Origin: Azolla caroliniana
Taxonomy: Eukaryota > Plantae > Polypodiophyta
Assembly (NCBI GenBank): GCA_043228905.1
Contig: JBHGNT010000005.1
Coordinates: 20,584,001-20,648,000 of the forward strand
Length of the DNA stretch: 64,000 nt
Direction of reading: 5' to 3'
The position numbers and the translations under genes were made by a program. Below, piece after piece: positions 50,601 through 62,258 of this stretch. The notes beneath the pieces were generated by a model. It was not told the origin of the DNA, did no database searches, and saw nothing but the letters and a program-made list of their open reading frames with translations. The first letter of the stretch is position 1; each line of letters starts with the position of its first letter.

Positions 50601-52136
50601 GCAAGAATGTTGTATGGAAACGGCAAGAAAAGGAAAGTTGAATGCAATGGTGAGTCATATAAGTTCTCACCTGTCAGGAGCGTTGTCAACCTAATCCATT
50701 GTCTAATACCATGTACTTGTGTTGCTAGCTGATGACGAAATGATATTTGGTGACGGAGATACGAGTTCAAAACCTGATCGTGAAGACGAATTTATCACAC
50801 TCCCAGGTAAACGTCAAAAGCCAGACTTTGAAAACAATGATTTAGCTCATAACAACCCTATTATATTGTTGCTTTTGGTGCATTCTATAGATCATAGCAA
50901 CACTGTTGAGCACCTAGATGTTGTGGAGAAGATGACCGAGCCCACCACTTGCAATGGGGTATCTACGGCTGTACAGTATGACCATGTAACATTAGGTAAA
51001 AATGTGGCCCAAAACCCTATGTTCATTGTTTGCAAACTTTTGAGTATGTGAGTTGATACTAATATTGTTTGGAATCCCATTAATTAGGTTTACAAGAGCA
51101 GCCTGAATCGGGAACTTCATGGAGCACAAGTGCAGAGTCAGATTCTGGGATTAACCTTTCCACGGAGGCAGATTCTGGAAGCACATCTTCCACACATGAG
51201 GATTGTGAGAAAAACGAAGCATTCATATGTGAAGAGCAGCTGGCATGTCCAAACAACAGTATGTCTAAAGAAGCCCATGAGGAGTGTGGAAAGAATATGG
51301 CAAGTACTGAAGAGAAGATTGAAGCCCATGAAGAGTCTGGAAAGAATATGGCAAGTACTGAAGAGAAGATTGAAGCCTATGAAGACTCTGGAAAGAATAT
51401 GGCAAGTACTGAAGAGAAGATTGAAGCTCATGAAGAGTGTGGAAAGAATATGGCAAGTACTGAAGAGAAGACTGAAGCCCATGAAGAGTGTGGAAAGAAT
51501 ATGGCAAGTACTGAAGAGCAGACTGATTGTACTGATAATGTGTTAGTAGTGTCTACTGATAATGTGCTAGTACTGTCTAAAGATTCTGATGAGGAGTATG
51601 GAAAGAACATTGCTAGTAATGAAGAGGAGCTTGATTGTACTGAGAATGCCCAAATGGATCGTGGAAAGAACATCGCTTTCCCTGAAGATAAGCCTGATTG
51701 TACAGAATCACATGAGGAGCCTGATTGTACAGATAAGCCTGATTGTACACGTAGTCTTAAGAATGAGTTGACAGCCACCGTACAAGAGGAGTTGACCATG
51801 ACTACTACCATAGTCCACATACAGGAGTCTAATAAGAACGAGTGTACAGGCATCATTGATGATGATAGGGGAATAAAGATGAGTGATAATTTGACTATCG
51901 ACAGCACCTTTGTGGATTTGTGTACAAGCATTGCAGTTGCAGAAAACACAGTTGCTCTCTCAAGCTTGCCACCAGTACAAGGTGCCCGCGCATCCACGCC
52001 TATCTCTGATGCCTCTGATGATGAAGTGCCACTTAGTCAGCTCATACCTAAAGGCTTTAAGATAAAGAAGAATGTAAAATCTGGCACCAACAACAAGCGC
52101 ATTACAAGATCGGCCAAGTTACCCTCTAGTGCCTGA
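47635..52136 (+). CDS. Transposon accessory protein: coiled coil + RING-H2 finger + acidic repeats, 6 exons, ~922 aa
   Basis: GT-AG exons 47635-48659, 48750-48934, 50323-50649, 50729-50806, 50891-50995, 51088-52136 join in frame (2769 nt, no stops). RING CIFC...CLHTYHVLC...CMDC. Confidence 0.75.
49490..50250. repeat. Degenerate ~55-60 bp TAGTAC-rich tandem array in intron 2 of the accessory gene
   Basis: Recurring ATTAGTACTA...GGGAACTAAGTGAGTAGTACATTGTTCATG. Confidence 0.8.
51270..51524 (+). repeat. Five 51-bp coding repeats (EAHEECGKNMASTEEKI)
   Basis: Visible in both DNA and translation. Confidence 0.9.
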
Positions 52137-53056
52137 TTTTCTTCCGATTGTACTTGAACTTTAGCTGTTAGTGATGTCTGAAATACCTCTATTTGGATAC
52201 CAAAATACTGTTTCAATTGCCAATGTCAAAATTCCACTTCTGTATTTTGTAGAAACAATGGGAATATACTTTTTGATCTAAGTATTCCTCTTTTTACAAC
52301 GTTTTGTTTCTTTTTTGAGATCATCTCCTGATGAGTTGCCAAGTCTTTGAGTCTGTTGTAGATAAAATGCTTGAAATTCTTCTTAGCTTGCTAGGAAAAT
52401 TTAGGTTTTCAGGTGTTAATGATGATAAACAGAAAATATCGGGTGTTATTGAAGTATAGACTGTTTCATCAATCCCATTTGGAGGGTAACCAGAATTTGT
52501 GCAAATTGTTGAAGCAATGTGGGCCATATTTTGATGATATCATCCCAATGGATGAACTATCCACTAACAGTAGTAAGGAAACACTCCCCTTTTTGAGCTA
52601 TCACAAATTATTGTTTCAGGAGTTGGATTATTTTGTTAAGGAATTTGAGGCTTCATTGCACATTTGCTTCTTGAAGAATGAACTTACAGTATAAAATCTT
52701 ACAATATTAAAGTCATAATTTGAATTCAACTTACAGATTTATGTGCCTACAGAGGACACACCAACGGCAATGAATCTAGACTTTATCAAGAAGATATACA
52801 ATATTTTTACTCATTTTACCATGGCTCTGCAAAACTTCTATGCTCAAATAACATCAGGAAACATGAGCAATATCGGCAATGAAGAAATCCAAGTCTTGTT
52901 GACAACAACTAATATATTATGAAAGATAAGTACAAGTGGTTGACAGGCATAAACACTTTAGAAGAAAGATGAAATATATCAATTCATTTGTCAATCATCA
53001 AAATTAATAGTGAACTCCAAGTATTGAGAGGGTACAATGTATTGAGAGGGTGACTT

Positions 53057-56000
53057 TCAAGCATTAAATAGAGAGACCTCCCCTAATATGTGCTCATGAA
53101 CCTCTTGGGGGACCTTGTAGACAGTGTTGTATCCCTTAACCTTGTGCTTTGCTTGAGTCATATTGAATTTGATCGCAAGAATGGCATCAACGTAGATTAT
53201 TGCGATGGGTGCTTCTTTTAGTAATGCATATGTGTTCTTGCACTGCGGCAACTTTGCATAATAGTTTCCATACACGACAGACTCACCAACGTTGAAATTG
53301 TTGCCCCAGCCATCCCTCACCACTTCTTTCAATAATGTCTTTCCTTGCTTGCACACCACAATGTAGTAGTCTTCTAAATCTTCATTCTGAGGAGATTTGA
53401 GCACTGCAAAATGATCTCCAACTTCCAATAAAACTGCCAAGTCTTGATTTTGGTTGTAGTATACAATATCGTTTGAATGCACATCATCTTCAATATCATC
53501 TTGTCGTTCAGGCTCAAGCTTCTGCAACTTCCAGGGCTCCACGATTGATAGGTTGATGCATTTATCCCAAGCTTCATCTATACACATGGAACAAAAGCAT
53601 GATAAACTACGTAGTAACAATTGTGTTGTGTCCTTGCGGCTAAACCCTAACACACAATGGGTGCTGCGTGTGCCTTTCACGGTTTTACAACCATATGATT
53701 TAGTTCTATCGACCTCATCAGCGCGAACTTCAACAAACAATCTGTTCTTACCATCATTTGACATCTTCCATGTTAGCCACTGCACAACATCATGTGCATT
53801 TTGTAGCTTAGCACCATTATTATCCAACTGCTCACTTGTAAGGGCACGTTTGATCACAGCCCCCGCGCCATCATGCTCTCCTTTTCCATGTCCAGACCCG
53901 AAGTAATTCCATTGCATACGAATGTTGAATAAGGAGAAATACCTGCTTTTGTAACTCAGGTTTCCAACAAAATTAGTACTATGTTGTCAATAGAGAGTAC
54001 TACACTTCCATTAATACTGGCATCCATTTAATACTAACTTAGTATGGATATAACTTAGTACTAACTTAGTCTGGTTTATACTATGAGTACAAGATGAGTA
54101 CTTTACATCCCCTTGTATAGTACAATGTGTCTATGGAGAACCCTTCACATGGATTAAAACATAATTAGTACAATTCTCTTAAGGACGGACAATACTATAA
54201 GTACAAGATGAGTACTTTACATCCTTTTGTAAACACAACATAGTACAGAAGCAACACACAACATAGTACAATGTGTCTATGGAGAACCCTTCACATTGAT
54301 TAGTCGATACTTAGTACAATTCTTAGTACTAACTTAGTCTGGTTTATACTATGAGTACAAGATGAGTACTTAACATCCTCTTGTATAGTACAATGTGTCT
54401 ATGGAGAACCCTTCACATGGATTAAAACATAATTAGTACAATTCTCTTAAGGACGGACAATACTATAAGTACAAGATGAGTACTTTACATCCTTTTGTAA
54501 ACACAACATAGTACAGAACCAACACACAACATACTACAATGTGTCTATGGAGAACCCTTCACATTGATTAATCGATACTTAGTATGGATATAACTTAGTA
54601 CTAACTTAGTATGGTTTATACTATGAGTAGAAGATGAGTACTTTACATCCTCTTGTATAGTACAATGTGTCTATGGAGAACCCTTCACATGGATTAAAAC
54701 ATACTTAGTACAATGCTCTTAAGGACGGACAATACTATGAGTACAAGATGAGTACTTTACATCCTCCTGTAAACACAACATAGTACAGATACAACACACA
54801 ACATAGTACAATGTGTCTATGGAGAACCCTTCACATGGATTAAAACATACTTAGTACAATGCTCTTAAGGACGGACAATACTATGAGTACAAGATGAGTA
54901 CTTTACATCCTCCTGTAAACACAACATAGTACAGATACAACACACAACATAGTACAATGTGTCTATGGAGAACCCTTCACATGGATTAAAACATACTTAG
55001 TACAATGCTCTTAAGGACGGACAATACTATGAGTACAAGATGAGTACTTTACATCCTCCTGTAAACACAACATAGTACAGATACAACACACAACATAGTA
55101 CAATGTGTCTATGGAGAACCCTTCACATGGATTAAAACATAGTACAAACAAAATTAGTATGCATGCATCCATTCACAAGTGCAAGATTCGAATAGTTACA
55201 AACATAATTAGTATGCATCCATGTGAATAGTACTGTTTGTTAATAATTACAAACATAATTAGTATGCATGCACTAACACAAGAATTACTTCCTTACACAT
55301 TGCATGGTAAGTACTAAACATATGGATTAAAAATTACCTGGCGATAAAGTAGAACGATCGTGCCGCCTTAAACTGCGAGGCAGCACCATCAGACCAAACC
55401 CAATGACGGTTAAAGGTTACCCCTAGAGAAAATAAATCTGCATGGTGAAGCTTAAAACAATGTTGAACAAATAGTGTATCATGCTTTTTATCATCTGAAA
55501 TGTAAAATATTGATTTCTTATGTAACTCACCGTCTTGCCTCCAATAGCAAATATGCACAAGTATTGTACATTGATCATTGTACCAATGCATTGATTGAAC
55601 CTCATTCTGAACTTTAAATGTATAGTTTTCTGCAAAGTCAATAACAGATACGATGACACCCGTTGGTAAGTTATTAATACATTCCTTGAATTGTGAATTT
55701 TGCCAATAACTCCGGAAGTTATGTGGAATGAACTCCCCAAGTTGTTTCTTAAATTCTGAGACAAGGGTAGCAGCACATGTCTCCTTATATACTTCCTTGA
55801 TACGCTTAGTTACAACTCCCTTGCCAATATTTTCAGTCACATACTCTAAATATTTCCATTTCACGATATGACTGTTTCCCAAATCAAGCTCCTGCATACA
55901 AAATAATGGTAGCGGACAAACCTTACATGTTCTTAATAGACATGTACGACGATGCCACTCACATGATGGTTCTTTTTCACAAACACAAGACCTCCATAGC

Positions 56001-56985
56001 TCAGAAACAGATGCATAAGTCATGTTTCGTGCATTACACCTATTATCCTCCCCATTTGGTCTACATATCTCACAAGTGCAGACACATAATTCCCCGTGTA
56101 TACCCTTACAATCAGTACGCATTGCATTCACGGCTAGCCTTAACATGTCCATCTTCACATGGTACACACAACAACATGTATTCCTCTCATTTAATTTTCT
56201 AACATAAAATGGTTTCAAACCTTGGAACTTGCGGAATCCAACAGTCAAGCTTGGATGTTGATCTTTAAAGTTCATGTACAATTCAGCCTACATCAACCAA
56301 TATATATAGCAAACATTAATATACAGTTGGTCAAAACACAAAGTTATGGAATGTGAAATGATATAAAAAAATGGAATACCTCTGTCATCTCCAAGAAGTG
56401 TCTAGGGTGAATCTGGTACTTACCCTGACTTATTCGTTGTCTACACACGTCCTTCTTATTTGGTGAGACACGCGTATTTTTGGCCCAAAATGAATCCACT
56501 TTCTCAATAATCTCTTGAGATAAGGCATCACATCGTCGTCTACGTCCCAACCCCATCCACTTGAATTTGTTTGAGTGTATATTTTGGCGATGTTTCCTCA
56601 AGTTCCTTCTTTGAATACCCAGGGCTAAGGCAACTTTAGTATCACTATATTTTTTTCCTCTCGCACCGTTCACAACCATGTGTAGGGCTGCCCTCTTTGC
56701 AGCAAGTTTGTCTAAGCTCTCTACACCTTTCACTAAGTCTAGGGATGACTTCATAGACTCTACAATCTCTTCTGAAACACATTGGTCCCTAAATTTTATT
56801 CTCTCCATGTCTTCATTCAAACTTTGATGGTGTAACACTCTACAGATAATATCCCTACGATCCTCTTCACTAAATCTCTTTGTTATTTCTACCAAATAAC
56901 GGACTATGTGAAGAACCACTCGTCTCTTAGTCCTTTCAGATATGCATGAGTTACTTGACAACTCACTCTCGTTAGGAACCCCCAT
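53057..56985 (-). CDS. Sola2-like DDD transposase, 3 exons, ~813 aa (start uncertain)
   Basis: Exons 56985-56380, 56287-55338 and 53942-53057 with GT-AG introns, in frame. Motifs TCCCVYH, DFAENY..EVQSMHW, ISDDKKHD, SDGAASQFK, WNYFGSGHGKGEHDGAGAVIKR, SCFCSMC. Confidence 0.85.
54035..55145. repeat. Tandem array (8 anchors, 146 and 122-126 bp periods) in transposase intron 2
   Basis: GTGTCTATGGAGAACCC recurs at 54127, 54273, 54395, 54541, 54667, 54813, 54959 and 55105. Confidence 0.92.
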
Positions 56986-57064
56986 TCGGTCACTAGATTT
57001 ATCCGCAAAAATTAAGTGGCTTGCAAAAGTAGTTAATGTTATATAGACTCAACCAAGAAAACAC

Positions 57065-57660
57065 AATCAAATGTTTTTAAATGTGGCCTGCAAAGTGAAA
57101 GATATTTCGTTTCAAACATTAGAATTACATATCAAATATGACAATTGTCAGTTCTAAAATTTTTGTACTGAAATATGAAGAAATGTAACATTTTAGTACT
57201 GAAAATAAAAAAAACGGTTTGGTGAAAGGAACCTCCAATGGTGGACGGAGCGTTGGATATGCCGCCTCGATTTGGTGGAAGGAACCTCCAATGCCGCCTC
57301 GATTTGGTGGAAAAAGCCACAAATCACCACGACACCAAATCAAATGTTTTTAAATGTGGCCTGCAAAGTGAAAGATATTTCGTTTCAAACATTAGAATTA
57401 CATATCAAATATGACAATTGTCAGTTCTAAAATTTTTGTACTGAAATATGAAGAAATGTAACATTTTAGTACTGAAAATAAAAAAAACGGATGGAAGGAA
57501 CCTCGAATGGATGGAGGGGGCGTTGGATATGCCGCCTCGATTTGGTGGAAGGAACCTCCAATGGTGGACGGAGCGTTGGATATGCCACCTCGATTTGGCG
57601 GAAGGAACCTCCAATGCCGCCTCGATTTGGTGGAAAAAGCCACAAATCACCACGACACCA
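57065..57660. repeat. ~270-320 bp tandem duplication upstream of the transposase, with internal GCCGCCTCGATTTGGTGGA units
   Basis: AATCAAATGTTTTTAAATGTGGCCTGC occurs at ~57065 and ~57338. Confidence 0.85.
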
Positions 57661-58507
57661 ACTTCAATGGATGGATGTAAGAAAGTCGTTGTCGAAGAAG
57701 TCACTATTGGCTGCTACCAACAGTCTCTGTACCTCGACCTAAACCCTAACAAAAACAGAAACCCTAAAAAAATCAGAAATCCTCAACTTAAACGCTCAAA
57801 ACAGACATGGATGTCTGAGATTTAGATTGGAGGAAATCAGAAACTGAACATGGATCTGTGATGAAAAGCTCAGAGGGATAGAGGAAGAGGAGTATGAGGG
57901 GAACCGCCAAAACGACGTGAGGGGAAGCGCCAAAATCGACGTGAGGGGAAAATAGCCCCCAAAATGGAATGAACATCTCCTCACCTGTTCCCCCCACTCC
58001 TTCTACAATAAATGACACTTGTACTACAGTCACCCCACTCTCCAAAATCGATTTTCTTTTTCTCTGATTTTTTTTTTTTGAATTATTCATACTAACAGTA
58101 CTAAAAGTACTGACAATTTTTGTGGCCAAAAACAGTACTTTTCTGGTACACCGTAGCGTGCTTCTACCCGGAGGGATGTTGGATATGTGTCATAGGCGCA
58201 ACCTCACATGGAGTGGGTCAAGCCCAATGTTCTAAACATCATTGTGGCTATGATCGTTTCGTTACGTAACAAAATCGACGTGACCAACGGGGATGTCAAC
58301 AAAACAAATTGTTGAAAAAAGGATGGTGACTACGTCATTCTCACAAAAATGTGAGGACGGCCACCAAGATCCTTTCCCCGAATAACTAATATCCACATGT
58401 ATATTTATCACATATATATGATCAAATAAATATACACATGACCACATATGGATATATTAAAAAAATCGTAATATCAAATAACCAACAATGATGTAATCGA
58501 GATACGT

Positions 58508-61300
58508 TGTCGTGAAGATCCGTCACTAGGCGCGGATCGCAAGGCGGAACCGTCGGGGTTCTGGATCGGAAGGATCGAAGTTCGCACCAAGCTTTAGCGG
58601 GAAAGGAATTAAGATAGATTGAAAGAGAGAGAGATTGAGATAAGATAGAACGCTTGGTTTTAGATTGACAGAGAGGTTAAGAACTCTTGACTTTAGATTT
58701 CAAGAACAAGGTATATCATCAAAACAAATTTTCTTCTTAATATTAATTTTGATTTAAAGTACAAAGCTTTCTTTTTCCAAGAAAAAAATCCCCCATTGAT
58801 ATTTAATTCCCTCTTTTTTAGATGCCCTCATGCATTTGAGGGTTTAAGACATGCATAAAATGTATGTTTGCCATTTAGCGCTCATGCATTACATGTGGTG
58901 CATGATAACCATGTCACTCATTTTAGCTCTTATGTAAAAGTACAATGATAAAAATATAATTTCAACTAAATATCTTGGCTTAGTAGTAAGCCAATTGACT
59001 CCTAACTTGGAGGTGCAAGGTTCAAATCCTTACTTGTCCTCCATCGCCGGTCCGGTTTTGGTCGGCCAAAACCTTTACGAGTGGCTAGGCCTCCTCCACT
59101 CTTAGTTCAAGTTACCTTAAACTCTCTATGCTCCACACATAGACAGAAAGATAATAGTTTTTGCTCTACCTTATATATGATGAGAGTTGTATTTGTCGTG
59201 CCTATGTGGGATATCTCACAATTTTCTCTTTTCCTTTCACAAATTTTATACCCTTATATCTTGACATCTAGTTGTCCATTTCTCGTGTAATAAAGTGCAT
59301 TCGAAAGCTCTTGAAGACCTGCATTATTTTGCACTTAGATACTTCACTATTATTGTTCTATATGTGATTCATACTTGATTTTGTACGTTTTATGTGATTT
59401 TCACACCATTGCCGAAAATCTTCACGACATCCACCCCCACCAAACCGCACGTCCTCCGGTACGTGCCAAGAAGAGAGAAAGTGAGATTTCGGCAATGGTG
59501 ATCAACATGACTAATCCACGTCGGCATGTCCTTTCCTTTGCACTCGAATCATGGGTGCCAACCAATCCACCATATCATTCTTCTTTTCTTTGCTTTACCA
59601 TGACTTGTTGTCATGGCCCCTTGCTCCCTTCCTGAGTATTCCCTTCCTGAGGATAATTGTTTAGGTCTCATAAATGGTCCGCCTTTGTCTCGATCGTCTC
59701 CTTTCTCAAGGCACTTGGACTCATTCACAATAGTGTCTTTGATAGATGTTTTGATCACATCCGTCAAATCCTCATGGCTCGCTTGGCCATCGCCATCCCT
59801 TGCCATATTTTGCGCAAATTCTTCGTTGCATGCATAAGCTTTAACCCTTACTTCTTCCCCGTCACTATCCTTCTGTTCGGTCTTACATTGGTTAAAGCCC
59901 AAGTCTCCGGAAAGAGTGTGGACCCATACATTTCCGTCGTTTGCCTTTTTTATGCCGCACTTAGCCATTTCCATCTTAATGTTTCTTGAATAAGCGATTT
60001 GACGTGCTTCGGACATGTCCCTCTGATTCATCTCCCTTCTATATGCATCAAGGAACTTCGTAACGTTCCTTCCATCGAATTGGCCCTCGAGCTCTACGAC
60101 ACGATCAACAAACTTCTCCACACTCGTGTCGTTGTCCCGAGATCTCATCATTGGCTCGACGATTAGCATCATCCTTTCGAGCTCTCCCGCTTGGTTGCTT
60201 GAGGACGCCATCTCCAAGTATTAATCTCGGCTTGATCCTTCCTACCGCCTCTTTCACGTCAGGTTCACCACTTAATTATGTCGTGAAGATCCGTCACTAG
60301 GCACGGATCGCGAGGCGGAACCGTCGGGGTTCTGGACCGGAAGGATCGAAGTTCGCACCAAGCTTTAGCGGGAAAGGAATTAAGATAGATTGAAAGAGAG
60401 AGAGATTGAGATAAGATAGAACGGTTGGTTTTAGATTGACAGAGAGATTAAGAACTCTTGACATTAGATTTCAAGAACAAGGTATATCATCAAAAGGATA
60501 ACGAATTTTCTTCTTAATATTAATTTTGATTTAAAGTACAAAGCTTTCGTTTTCCAAGAAAAAAATCCCCCATTGATCTTTTTCATTCCCTCTTTTATAG
60601 ATGCCCTCATGCATTTGAGGGTTCAAGACATGCATAAAATGCATGTTTGCCATTTAGCGCTCATGTATTACATGTGGTACATGATAACCATGTCTCTCAT
60701 TTTAGCTCTCATGTAAAAGTACAATGATAGAAATATAATTTCAACTAAATATCTTTGCTTAGTGGTAAGCCAATTGGCTCCTAACTTGGAGGTGCAAGGT
60801 TGAAATCCTTACTTGTCCTCCTTGTATATGTATATATATATATTTATTTATTTATCTAGTCTTCGGTTCGCCGAATGTCGTCGCCTCGCCGACATCGGAT
60901 GCCGCCGAATGTTGCCTCGCTGGTTACGCCGGCTCCATTGCCAGTCCAGTTTTGGTCGGCCAAAACCTTTACAAGTGGCTAGGCCACCTCCACTCTTAAT
61001 TCAAGTTACCTTGAACTCTCTATGCTCCACACACAAACACAAAGATAATAGCATTTGCTCTACCTTATATATGATGAGAGCCGTATTTGTCGTGCCTATG
61101 TGGGATATCGAGCACAGTTTTCTCTTTTCCTTTCACAAACTTTATACCCTCATATCTTAACATCTAGTTGTCTGTTTCTCGTGTAATAAAGTGCATTCGA
61201 AAGCTCTTGAAGACCTCCATTATTATTGTTCCATGTGATTCATACTCGATTTTGTACGTTTTATGTGATTTTCACACCATTGCCGAAAATCTTCACTACA
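58508..61300 (-). mobile_element. Non-autonomous tRNA-Trp-primed LTR element with a gag-only internal region
   Basis: LTRs 58508-59429 and 60279-61300; TSD ACGT; PBS 60253-60270; PPT GGTGGGGGTGGA on the minus strand next to 59429. Confidence 0.92.
59549..60217 (-). CDS. Truncated or chimeric Gag-like ORF (222 aa)
   Basis: GQFDGRNVTKFLDAYRREM is homologous to GQFNGKDVSRYLQDYKAEM in the gag at 39474. Confidence 0.6.
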   Translation of the reverse strand: MEMASSSNQAGELERMMLIVEPMMRSRDNDTSVEKFVDRVVELEGQFDGRNVTKFLDAYRREMNQRDMSEARQIAYSRNIKMEMAKCGIKKANDGNVWVHTLSGDLGFNQCKTEQKDSDGEEVRVKAYACNEEFAQNMARDGDGQASHEDLTDVIKTSIKDTIVNESKCLEKGDDRDKGGPFMRPKQLSSGREYSGREQGAMTTSHGKAKKRRMIWWIGWHP

Positions 61301-61599
61301 ACGTAATCGAGGCATATAGCCTCTACGCACACGAACCATCAAAAAATAAGGGTTAATCGTAATACGCAAATGAGGTATTGACCTCTTATGCATACGTAAC
61401 ATATGTATGTAAACGTAATAGGCAATTGTGGTATTAACCTCATACACATACGGCACGAATCACATATCAAATATATGTTAAATGAGGTATTGATCTCATA
61501 CACATGAATATGTTTTATACAACCAATCCGTTACCACTACAACATCATTGAATCAATAAATAAAAAACATATTGACTATACATTATTAGATTGGGAGAA

Positions 61600-62258
61600 G
61601 AAAGATGCAACCTCTTATCCAAGTTACTAAAAAAGATAACTCCGGTTCTCTGGACCCCGGCGGCACATATAGTTTTTGAGACCCTCAAAGTAGCTTTTCT
61701 CCCAGCCCCAGTGTTGGTTCACCTTGACCCCAAGAGACCGATGCCTCCGACTTCATCATTGGCGCGGTTTTGTCCCAACCAGATGACGATGACACACTAC
61801 ATTTGGTCACCTTCTACTCCCCAAAGTTTACAACCTCGGAAATCAATTATCTAGTCGACGATAGGGAGCTGGCAGCTATCATCTCTGCCTTCGGCAAAAT
61901 GGCAACCCTATCTCGCGGGGACCAACATCGTATCCAAGTGCTGACTGACCACAAGAATCTCATCTACTTCACCACCAGTCGTATGTTGAATCAGAGACAA
62001 GCTCGTTGGTCATCTTTTCTCGCCGACTACGACGTCGAAATCTTGTTTCGACTCGGCATTCAACATGGGAAAGCGAATGCCCTCTCTCGGCAACCAGATT
62101 TTGCGCTACACCCAGGTGACGATGCATATTCTCAGCAATCACATTGTTTATTGCGGCCCGATCAACTCCACATGTTCGCAACCTACATGTTGCATGATGA
62201 TTCCTTGCTCAACGAAATCGCCCAGGCTACCATGTTAGACCCATTCGCTACCGACATC
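61600..62258 (+). pseudogene. Degraded chromovirus RNase H fragment
   Basis: APVLVHLDP, SEINY..DRELAAI, TDHKNL and HGKANALSR; similar to the Tcn1-like pol at ~34000-34550; frameshifted. Confidence 0.85.

Larger units (their letters stand above)
46003..58169. mobile_element. 12.2-kb Sola2-like DNA transposon with an accessory gene
   Basis: TIRs GGGTCGAAGCATGCTACGGTGTACCA (46003-46028) and TGGTACACCGTAGCGTGCTTCTACCC (58144-58169), 24/26 match. 4-bp TSD GGAG. Internal DDD transposase. Confidence 0.88.

Noticed and set aside
52321-52694. Possible third gene between the convergent transposon genes
   Set aside because: Only short ORFs with no motif; no consistent exon chain could be built.
54035-55145. 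CRISPR-like regularly spaced repeats
   Set aside because: The intervening sequences are themselves repeated, there are no cas genes, and the array is in a eukaryotic intron.
45996-58176. Alternative 6-bp TSD GAGGGA for the DNA transposon
   Set aside because: It requires mismatched terminal bases. The 4-bp GGAG reading gives matching GGG...CCC ends and fits Sola.
58976-59045. Functional tRNA gene
   Set aside because: No convincing acceptor or anticodon stem; reported only as tRNA-like.
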